From Hydrurus foetidus (taxonomy: Eukaryota), in contig UYFQ01000858.1 in the NCBI GenBank assembly GCA_900617105.1, positions 46,490 through 66,489 of the forward strand: a stretch of DNA of 20,000 bases, in the 5' to 3' direction. The position numbers and the translations under genes are program-made. Every line of letters begins with the position of its first letter. Position 1 is the first letter of the stretch. The notes beneath the pieces were generated by a model. The model was given only the letters and a program-made list of their open reading frames with translations, had not been told where the DNA came from and ran no database searches. Shown here piece after piece: positions 10,801 through 19,634 of the stretch.

Positions 10801-11089
10801 AGAAGAAAAGAAAAAAGTGAAATTAGAAAAAACAAAAAGAAAAGTAGCCCTCATCAAAAAAATTAAAAAAGTTTTGTTGCCTGAGATAGAACGCAGTGGA
10901 ATTCACTTACCCATGAATAGAGCTCTTCCAGGACCCAGAAAAAGTCCTAATATAGCGGAAAAATTGGATGATTTTAATTCAGTGATTGACACTCTGAGCA
11001 TTGATGTGGATTCTAATCGAAATGTGAAAAAAAAGAAAGTGTTAAATAAAGTGCCAAAAAAATCGAAATCTAACCCTATGGCAGAATGA
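7862..11089 (+). CDS. mTERF-repeat family protein, probably organelle (plastid) targeted
   Basis: 1075-aa uninterrupted ORF with repeated mTERF-like motifs (KIMEKYPWIM..LRPTVEVLKSFG, LVVHQPFLL, VIMRYPQLL, LISFFPSALGY, LVRSYPRVL); hydrophobic N-terminus MILLSALFMLLGG; acidic low-complexity inserts; Lys-rich tail. Confidence 0.88.
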   Translation: MILLSALFMLLGGDGINHLFPRGRLRTHISSPIEANLPEATGRLERVEVGINGAPLQSATKGARLGANLGYFYLQKELKLSEHHMVKIMEKYPWIMYLKVDTNLRPTVEVLKSFGFRDKDVRSMLETVPPILGINHEWTLPEKLISIQKMFNLNRAGLVKLVVHQPFLLTCSIDRNIRVSEFLSEVVGLSPEGIRNCLLCCPEVAMSGITKMSACWSVLTDIYGLSDKQARALVIYYPIVLTHRTLKTIQDKVSFFSEELNMSPPFREVQKVIMRYPQLLCIDPNVFMRPNVALLKIYLDIDRDGISKLISFFPSALGYNPRTLEKSLRKSLFMLTGLDEYNTVRGNAQEVDDDDDDLRIFEGEEQDVSHLGHLDLRRGPLSEEELETIESVATNILDVKDGDILSLHILPSSMDPFRFMSPVENDVEEPHLVISNSYKEGLAQVQLATGLDDVNTYTDDENQLDEYDDEDDVIEMQDNMYGNSVSYEKASRREDREEYQDQSVSPPHPVGVDVLADIVDRKKSRYDRNNAFHAASIADVIQAAVSVTVSSSAVSTGGAVSTDAHIHAPISSGVDASKGLEFDSITSEDVNVTEMEGRTPDCVHHIDASSAPLTSHTGAVHELEATRLMMLVYSTLNIDKTRAINVVKCAPWVLSYRPERSLRTLSTIGFSLGMSRTELSRLVRSYPRVLSLSVDGKISEVLTALGNTAETCLSLQDSEEYMTRSSLFKVRKGVPQNAEESDGDAESELVQVILNLCETASTSTSTSTIVNSNMSDSFPSSFDMSEDDGGRGTAKGDTERGSVGGGGVSPFDVDVDAVEKSTQTMPDGAIMEQENGSEDLITSQEMGVACSSIALSRRRDPVRTMVRTAILKWPLLLGTSMGKINTGIEELLALQIPFDQLIQIVRRNPKTQSKWKNKVLCLVEEAKRKRAMRLKKEEEKRSRDEDSSRTYYEHEIYIGDVVDEPYMDCENEMEVLILREEEKKKVKLEKTKRKVALIKKIKKVLLPEIERSGIHLPMNRALPGPRKSPNIAEKLDDFNSVIDTLSIDVDSNRNVKKKKVLNKVPKKSKSNPMAE

Positions 11090-12014
11090 AAATCTTGGCA
11101 ATTTTTCTATCTAATTATATGTTCTGTATAGTGCATTGTAAATACTATTAATAATGTCACTATAAATTATTTTATCTCTCATTGAATTTCATTATCACAT
11201 GGACTTTTTTATTTTGCAAAGTTTTCTTATCAAAGAAATTTCCATGCTTCTGCAAGAGGGTTTCCAGCATGCCAACCACACATTCTGTAAAATATCCTGA
11301 ACTATTTGATCCAAGCAAAATGAGACAACATCGTGACGTTGCTGGTTTGATGAGGGATCGAGACAAGAACGTGTCTAAGATGTTTTCTATAATTGACTGA
11401 GGGGTGGTTAAGCTTGAACAAGGGTTGGTGTACGTGTACGTGTACGTTGCGGCACCAGATAGTAGATAGTTGATGGTGGTTGCAATATACAGTATAAGCG
11501 ATTCACAATCACTAGAGTATGCGGACTGCACTCACCACAAAGCTGCAGCACGCATGGTGATAAATTGATTTTGCGATACGATAAATGACAAACGGTTTTG
11601 CACACTCGCTACAGGTATCAGATCTGGGATCTCTAGAGTCAGTCGAGAAAGTTGAGCGCAGAAAATGGCCCTTAAGGGACACATCGCACACAAACTGTAC
11701 AGCATGTATACGTCCACATCAGTGCATGGCTGTGTTTGGCTGAGAAGGCGCTGCATTGCTTGTGATATGTTTGCAAGTCGAAATGCTCGTAAAACTGTGC
11801 CAATAAATTGTGCATGAGTATGCTAGGCCGACACTCCCAGTGATGGCGCTGTAGCTAAACGTGTCAGCGATAGTATGATCGTGTCAGAGTTATTTACCAC
11901 CTGCGAAGTTATTTACGGAGACCTCCACTGTATAATCCGGTGCTTTATCCTCCGAACGATTCATGACCTATTTTGATAAAGTATTAATTAATTTAGTATG
12001 ATATAGAGACCGGG

Positions 12015-12537
12015 TCGGGTCGCTCATAAACTGCTCCTCATAATTTCATTTCGAAACCGTGAGTGGTGTCCGGGTCTATCGATTATTTCCAATTTCCAAT
12101 TACGTTAGTGCCGATTGCGTCAAAGCCAATTATCTGCTGCAGCAAGATAACCGCTCAGATATAGTAGGACGTACGAGAAATTTCTTCGATTCTGTCAAGA
12201 ATTAGGGTCACCTTACGTCAAAAATGACCCCAACTCTTGACAGAACCGAGGAAATTTCTCATATCCATCGATCCATCTCAAATTTCGCTGTAAACCACTA
12301 TACAGATGATGAATTAGATGAAGTGTTAGTAGAAAATGATGACTTGGTAAGAAAAATTGGACGCTGATTCTGATATTGAAGTCGAAAAATTTGCACAATT
12401 TTATAGATGGTTTTTACGAGCCGTCCAACTAGAATGGTTTTTTATTGATTTTTCGTCAATCAGTAGTGATGTCCAGCTCAGTCCATAATAAACCGTGGAT
12501 TATGAATTATGTGACCAACCCACTATGAGCGACCCGA
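12015..12537. mobile_element. MITE-like element with central hairpin
   Basis: Perfect 14-bp inverted ends TCGGGTCGCTCATA (12015-12028 and 12524-12537); 36-bp inverted repeat 12175-12210 / 12225-12260 with 4 mismatches; no clear TSD. Confidence 0.55.
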
Positions 12538-13120
12538 TGTCTACGCAAATGCAATGGAATGGCCTACTAAACTAAACGGAATGCTAAACGGAATTCGAAA
12601 TGTGTCTCGTGTCTCGTGTGGATTGTGGATTGTGGCGTGCGGCGTGTGGAACCCGCAACGGCACTGCTGGCTGCTAAGCACCACGCTAGGCATTTGTGGG
12701 GCGGGTGTCTGCCAAAAGTCAGTATGAATTGGCAGGATTTTTGTCGCCAATTTGCCAAAAGCATTTAGAATAGTCCTAATTTGATTTTTGAGGATTTAAA
12801 ATGATTCGACAACTCAGTAGAAGCTCAAAACAGTCCTAAAATCATGATTATGTAGATTATTAGAATGTGGATCCCAAGTCTCAGATCAAAAACTCCTTCG
12901 GTTTCCGGTAACCGGATCATTTAGCCGTATATTTCAGTAATGGGAGTCTTTTCCGGCGAATAGCTGGAAGTTCCAGAACTTCGTGACGGATCTGAATTGT
13001 TCAGGTAAGTATTTTTCGTTGTTAAATAGCGGAGTAATCTTTAATCTGCTGTACTGTCGAAATAGCGGCACTTCTAAGATCGTCCCGCCCTACAAATGCT
13101 ACACCACGTGTTCAGTTTCG

Positions 13121-13214
13121 TTTGTTTTTGTTTTGTTTTTGTTTTTGTTTTTGTTTTTGTTTTTGTTTTTTGTTTTTTGTTTTTGTTTTTGTTTTGTTTT
13201 TGTTTTTGTTTTTG
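13121..13214 (+). repeat. (TTTTTG)n microsatellite
   Basis: About 16 units of T(3-6)G, followed immediately by AATAAA. Confidence 0.95.
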
Positions 13215-13417
13215 AATAAAATTCTATGACTCCACTGTCCCCCAAAGGGATGGTGGGAAATTTCAAGATCTCCCTCCTGACGATGCCTTACGATCACGTC
13301 ATCAATGTTCAGCACTGCTGCGAAGTGCGGCAATTAAGATGATTATGAAGCTCATGCAACAGCGCTGTAGCAAAAAATTCAGTACGAAAAGCACTGCGAA
13401 AGAACCTATTCTTGCCG

Positions 13418-15908
13418 ATGGCCGCAATCGTTCCTGTAATCTACAAAGCCATGGCTACATGTGGTTCGTCCAAGTCAACAGAGGCTGGCAGAGTTTCTGC
13501 ATTAAGGCATGCAGATATTTTCTGCTCCAACAAACAGATTGGTTTGGATACTAAAGGAATCGCTTCTCTTGGAAGGCTGTCCGAGAGTGAAATCTGCAAG
13601 CAGGAATTTTTCAAAGAGTTTGCTACGTACCTGGCAGAGCATGCAAAAAGGAAAAGCACTGGATTATTGTTGATGCCTGGGACAGCGATACAGTATCTAT
13701 CAGCATTAAAGGAGCATGCACAGAAAAAGTTCTCGACAAACCCTTTTTGGATCGAGAAGTCCCTCGATACGTGGTATCCTTATCTGCGTCTTGCCATCGA
13801 GACAAACATCAGTCGTCAGCAAATGATCAATGGTTTTGCCGTGTCGGAAAGCTCTCAAGCTATTGGTCGAAGTTTGCTACTTTCTATCAACGAGACGTTG
13901 ATGTCTACGGGAACTGCAGAGGCAATGAAGCGACGTCTCGCAATAGTTATGACATTTCTCGCGGTTGGAAGATCTGGGGAGTCGGCTTTGTCTACTTGGA
14001 CATCTGCCATTTGGGATCGGCAACTTGGGAACCTTTTGATAAATTGGAACGAAAAAAAGACTGGTGTGTAGAAATCTTGAACTCTTGTAAAAACTAATCT
14101 AGATCACTAATTCACTGATCGCTCTTGTTCTAACCGCGAAATTCTAAGGGGACTCGGACCCCATGAACTTCTTCTCGGACGTTTCCTCGATGGAGATTGA
14201 CTTTTATCACGCAATGGCGTCTTATTTGATCATGGGTGGTGGAAATTCGAAACTTAGCAAAGGAACCCCGTCTAATTGGATACTTCCAGACCTTGCTAGG
14301 AATCTGGATTCTGCATCGTCACTTGTCACAAAGTATATCAGAGAGGCCTTGGCAGATTGCGCAGACAAATCGATTGCTGACAGCTGTAAAGACTACGAGG
14401 GGACTTCATTAAGGTATGTTGAACTGTTTCAAATTAATGTCAAGGTGTGCACAGCACTAAACTAAGCTATATGTATCAGAGTCGGAGCGGCGAGTCTCTT
14501 ATCTTCCCACAAGACAACAAGATTCATCGACATTGTCCTCCGGGGCGGCTGGGAGGCAAAAGGCATCAGCAGATTATTCATCTATATAGAAGGGATTCAA
14601 TACCCAATATCATGCGCCGGTCGAGCGCTAGCTGGTTGGAGAGACTCTCACTCGACCGTGCACCAACCGGAGTGTTGTTTCTTGGACTCACGCAATATGA
14701 CTCGAATTGGCAATCTTGTCGTGAAACTATTCCACTGCTCCGTCCCCGACATGCACGCGAATGGCAAGTTATGGCCTCTCGCACTGTGCATGTTTGCCAC
14801 TGTCCTGATGTACCTGCCTGAGATGCGAAGCAAGTACCCGAGACATGAGCTACTGACAATACTGATCGACAAGGCAAATGAATGCGACATCTCTTTAAAA
14901 GATCTATTGGAGTGGGGGAAAGCGGTCAAAGAAAGGTTCAATGAGTCGAATATGGAGGCAAGTCTGAATACAGGAGAGACGCTAATACCGGTACTACTCG
15001 AGAAGATAGTAGTCCTCGAGAAAGTGGTCGCGAGCAATCAAGAGGTACACCTAAATGTTATCTACTTCTGAACAATTACACTCTAACAATTCGTATATAA
15101 TCCATTGCAGTCAATTTCCAACATGGCATCTACTATTGAGTCAATGCACGGTACCATCCACGAGATAAATGCAAAACTCAGCATGCTATGCTCGACACAG
15201 AATACCCCCCGAAGTGCCAGTAGTGGGTGCAAGAGGTCTCGCAATGACGGCACTCTCATTGTAGACACCCAACCCTACGCAGCTGCAGTGCAGGAGGAAC
15301 CTGTCGCTAGAGATGTCAGTGTTGCAACCATTTTTAACAGTCACTTTAGACCTTCAGCATCAGGATACAATCCGGCAACACTTAGCTCAAAGGCCACAGA
15401 GACATTCATATATGATTGGTATGCGAGGGGACTCGGAGCAGTGAAAGGAAACGAAGTTGAGTTGATGCAGCGGTCCTGGATGTCAGCTATTGGCAGCAAG
15501 GTCTCAACAGACAATCTTCTTGACGCCAAGAGTCTCATGAAATTGGTTGAAATGCTTGCCACCAAGAGCCAACTGGATTCTCTGAAGGGCACACAGCCCA
15601 ATGCAGCTACTGATCCAGCTTATGGCGATTGGGAACATCTGATTAGGGGTATCTGCAAAGTGCTTACCACTATGACGAATGATTTCCTGACCATGAAAGA
15701 AGGCAAAGTCGGTAATGCCAAGGCTCTCACGCTTGGAGCAATGGCGAGACGTTGGAAGGTCAAGAAATTTCCTGCTCCGACTGAAGATGAGCTACAACAA
15801 TTGCGCAATGCGATGAGTAACAGCAATAGACACAAGACATCAAGCTCAAGCTCAAGCTCAAGCTTCAAGAATGCAAGCATCAAAGCGAAAAGTGCAATCT
15901 TGAAATAA
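13418..15908 (+). CDS. Crypton-like tyrosine recombinase, 4 exons: 13418-14063, 14149-14413, 14480-15044, 15111-15908 (757 aa)
   Basis: Three GT-AG introns (85, 66, 66 bp; CTAAC in introns 1 and 3) join the track ORFs into one stop-free frame. YR motifs: AVGRSGE (Arg I), EKKTG (Lys), GTSLRVGAAS (Arg II), IVLRGGW, FIYI (Tyr), AGRALAGW. These are followed by a coiled coil and an FIYDWYARGL segment reminiscent of the GCR1_C domain of Cryptons. Confidence 0.88.
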
Positions 15909-16014
15909 AGTACAAGTAACTGTTTAAGAAATTATCTCGATAGTAAATCTTCTCTCACGTATGTAAACTAACTAACACGCTTTAAAACTAATTGTGACTT
16001 CCAAAATATCTCCT

Positions 16015-17433
16015 ATGTGGGGTGAAGTTGTTAGAACAACTGGATTGGGTCGGTGGTCGACTGGGGTGAGTGTCTAATATGGGTCTCCTGCTGCTCTGCT
16101 GCGGTCATTTTGGGAGCTGTGGCACTCTGTGTGGAGATGCCGGAAGATGATGGCGATGATACAGCATTGCTCAGTGGTACTTCCAATGTGGGGTGAAGTT
16201 GTTAGAACAACTGGATTGGGTCGGCGGTCGACTGGGGTGAGTGTCTAATATGGGTCTCCTGCTGCTCTGCTGCGGTCATTTTGGGAGCTGTGGCACTCTG
16301 TGTGGAGATGCCGGAAGATGATGGCGATGATACAGCATTGCTCAGTGGTACTTCCAATGTGGGGTGAAGTTGTTAGAACAACTGGATTGGGTCGGCGGTC
16401 GACTGGGGTGAGTGTCTAATATGGGTCTCCTGCTGCTCTGCTGCGGTCATTTTGGGAGCTGTGGCACTCTGTGTGGAGATGCCGGAAGATGATGGCGATG
16501 ATACAGCATTGCTCAGTGGTACTTCCAATGTGGGGTGAAGTTGTTAGAACAACTGGATTGGGTCGGCGGTCGACTGGGGTGAGTGTCTAATATGGGTCTC
16601 CTGCTGCTCTGCTGCGGTCATTTTGGGAGCTGTGGCACTCTGTGTGGAGATGCCGGAAGATGATGGCGATGATACAGCATTGCTCAGTGGTACTTCCAAT
16701 GTGGGGTGAAGTTGTTAGAACAACTGGATTGGGTCGGCGGTCGACTGGGGTGAGTGTCTAATATGGGTCTCCTGCTGCTATGCTGCGGTCATTTTGGGAG
16801 CTGTGGCACTCTTCGTGGAGATGCCGGAGATGATGGCGATGTACAGCATTGCTCAGTGGTACTTCCAATGCGGGGTGAAGTTGTTAGAACAACTGGATTG
16901 GGTCGGCGGTCGACTTCGGTGAGTGTCTAATATGGGTCTCCTGCTGCTCTGCTGCGGTCATTTTGGGAGCTGTGGCACTCAGTGTGGAGATGCCGGAAGA
17001 TGATGGCGATGATACAGCATTGCTCAGTTGTACTTCCAATGTGGGGTGAAGTTGTTAGAACAACTGGATTGGGTCGGCGGTCGACTGGGGTGAGTGTCTA
17101 ATATGGGTCTCCTGCTGCTCTGATGCGGTCATTTTGGGAGCTGTGAAACTCTGCGTGGAGATGCCGGAAGATGGTGGCGATGATACAGCATTGCTCAGTG
17201 GTACTTCCAATGTGGGGTGAAGTTGTTAGAACAACTGTATTGGGTCGGCGGTCGACTGGGGTGAGTGGTCAATATGGGTCTCCTGCTGCTCGCTGCGGTC
17301 ATTTTGGGAGCTGCGATACCCTGTGTGGAGATGCCGGAGCGATGATACAGCATTGCTCAGTGGTACTTCCAATGGGGGTGAAGTTGTTAGAACAACTGGA
17401 TTGGGTCGGCGGTCGACTGGGGTGAGTGTCTAA
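16015..17433. repeat. 171-bp tandem array, 8 full copies plus a partial ninth
   Basis: Unit starts at 16015, 16186, 16357, 16528, 16699, 16868, 17039, 17210, 17372; units 2-4 appear identical; one GTCGAC per unit. Confidence 0.98.
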
Positions 17434-17982
17434 ATTGGTCTAAGATGGCGCCGCCGAGGTCGACAGTCGAAGCAGTTTAGTTGAGTTCGGTTCTTCGATT
17501 CTAGTATGTCGCTGATTTTTCCGTGGCTGCGAAAGATATTTGCGGTGAGTGGTCATTTTGCTGAATGGCGACGTTAGATTCATGTTGCATGATCACAATG
17601 GTACATATTCAACCTGTTGACTTCGATTTGAATCGAATCTGTTGGTGCACGAGATTTTTTGGCTGGTGGGGTTTCATCTTCAACGAGGAAGACGAATTTC
17701 TGACTCAGAAGCTGCAATTCTTTGTGCTTGTCTGTGTTCTGATACTGAGTTGTTGTTGGTGATGTTGTCAAACGTATCTTATGTGTCGTGGTGCCGTCGA
17801 GGAAATCTCGTCAGCCTGAAAGTCCGTTCAGGATTCAGAATCATTATGATTTTCTTCTATATACGACTTGATTTGAATGAAATTTGACTCAATCTGAAAA
17901 TCTGAAATTAGTGGTAAAGTCGTGAACCTTTGGGGGAAATTTGATGAATCTTCGGGGAAAATCTCAAATCAGGGGTAAGAAA

Positions 17983-18027
17983 GTTTCCCACCTAACGGTG
18001 GGAAATTCCCGCCTGACGGCGGGAAAC
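17983..18027. other. Two abutting related palindromes (hairpins)
   Basis: TTTCCCACC-TAAC-GGTGGGAAA (17984-18005) directly followed by TTCCCGCC-TGAC-GGCGGGAA (18006-18025). Confidence 0.9.
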
Positions 18028-18075
18028 CTTCTTTTTTTGGGGTCGAAGTTCGCACGACCGAACCAGCGGTACCAG

Positions 18076-19450
18076 CCAGAAACTTGGTGAAAAACGTAAA
18101 CGTGTGGTGAGATTCCCATAGAGCTCCGTTATGAAACCCCGTAGATGTTTTTTTCAAAAACTGAATACATCTCTTCAGTAATTGGGTAACTGTGCTTTGA
18201 TTTCCATAATCAAAATTTCTTGGTCCCCTACGGTGGCGTTTTTTTCGGACATCAATGTTTTACGGAAATCATTTTGTCACTGAAAACGTCAAAAGTCAAA
18301 AATTCGCTCGATACTACTGCAGCGCAAGCACAATAGAAATCAATAGAATGCAAATCTGAATCAGCCATTATTCTTGGCAGGGTTTACTTGGCCAATAACA
18401 AGAAGAGTCTGGTGTCTTCAGTGAATCCAGGTTCGCAAAAATTGGCCGTTTCAAGCGCTTCCAAATGCATATTTCAGCATCAGCCTGCGACGCTCTGGTG
18501 GGAATTTTTGATGAAATAGCACCTCATAACCTACATAACATCATATGCCCCAGCAACGGCAGTATCTGGACGGTCAAAATATCGATCATGAAAAAATTGA
18601 AATTCCGGGGCAGAGGGAAAAAAATGCTGCTGATTTTGAATGCTGCTTCCAACTGACCACAACAGTTAATCTTGTCTTACGGATTCAGAAATAGTGCTCA
18701 AAAGCTCTGTATAAGTGGAAAATTGGTTGTGTTCTGTAATTGTGTATTGAGACGCACTGCAACCATTTCGTCGAGGTGAAGGGGGGGCGTTCCGGGCCTT
18801 TTTAAAACTGAAAACCGTAGTTTTCTGCGTGTCATGAGAACCGTATTAATGGAAGAATTGTAGAAATCAACCTTTAAACATCAAACACACATTTAAGAAA
18901 CTATTCTTCCTTGTCTGACATATGCTATCGACTAATCTGGACGTTGTGAATCGTATGCATGATTCAGATTTTTGTGATTCGATCAGCAAAAAAAGTTGTG
19001 ACAGGGTCCCAAAACACCGTAGGAGACCAAAAATTTCTTGAAATAAATTTTGAAATGAAAATATTCCCTTATGCAAGGCAGCGCTTGATTTTAAGTCGAT
19101 TCTGGACACATTTTCAAAACAAGTTAGACACTGCATCGTGTCAGAAATGATCGAAATACTGGGGAGCCAAAAAGAATTTACGTAAAACGGAGCGCAGTAT
19201 CTAACTTGTTTTGAGAATGCGTCCAGAATCAACTTAAAATTAAGCGCTGCCTTGCGTAAGGGAATATTTCCATAATCAAAATTTATTGAAATAAATTTTA
19301 TTGAAATAAATTTTGATTATGGAAATCAAAGCACAGTTACCCAATTACTGAAGAGATGTATTCAGTTTTTGAAAAAAACATCTATGGGGGTTCATAACGG
19401 AGCTCTATGGGAATCTCACCACACGTTTACGTTTTTCACCAAGTTTCTGG
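18076..19450. mobile_element. Foldback palindrome element (~560 bp when the nested insert is removed)
   Basis: 18076-18218 is inverted at 19308-19450 and ~19040-19134 is inverted at 19194-~19288; 59-nt spacer 19135-19193; TA follows the right end and TA-CCAG precedes the left end. Confidence 0.85.
18221..19029. mobile_element. Non-autonomous DNA transposon with 9-bp TSD (Mutator-like), nested in the foldback element
   Basis: TIRs TGGTCCCCTACGGTG (18221-18235) and CACCGTAGGAGACCA (19015-19029), 14/15 match; TSD AAAATTTCT at 18212-18220 and 19030-19038. Confidence 0.85.
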
Positions 19451-19634
19451 TAGAACAGGCCAGGCGTTGAACCCTCATCGAGAGGCCAAAAATAAATTCG
19501 TCGAAATAGCTCTCTCTGGATTCAGACTCAGATAGATAGATACGTTTGCAGGTCGTCATCGAACTCCTTTTACTTTTACAAGTAAGGCGCACAATTACGT
19601 GCTCTACAACACAGAAGACGTAACAGCCCGAAGG

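Larger units (their letters stand above)
13238..18027 (+). mobile_element. Putative Crypton (tyrosine-recombinase DNA transposon); boundaries tentative
   Basis: Intron-containing YR gene with no RT and no long TIRs; related GGTGGGAAATT / TCCCCCAAAGG boxes at 13238-13262 and 17927-18027. Confidence 0.5.

Noticed and set aside
11172..11960. Minus-strand spliced gene convergent with mTERF
   Set aside because: The short ORFs look partly protein-like, but the obvious donor (11535) and acceptor (11397) do not join in frame and there is an upstream stop; at best a remnant
13418..15908. DIRS/Ngaro retroelement linking this YR with the gag ORF
   Set aside because: The YR has introns, no RT/RNase H is nearby, and gag belongs to a separate TSD-bounded LTR element more than 10 kb away
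16015..17433. CRISPR or guide-RNA array
   Set aside because: Units are whole-length repeats with no unique spacers; no cas-like gene; eukaryotic context
16015..17433. Primate alpha satellite (also 171 bp)
   Set aside because: Only the length matches; the unit is GC-balanced and shows no alphoid motifs that I recognise
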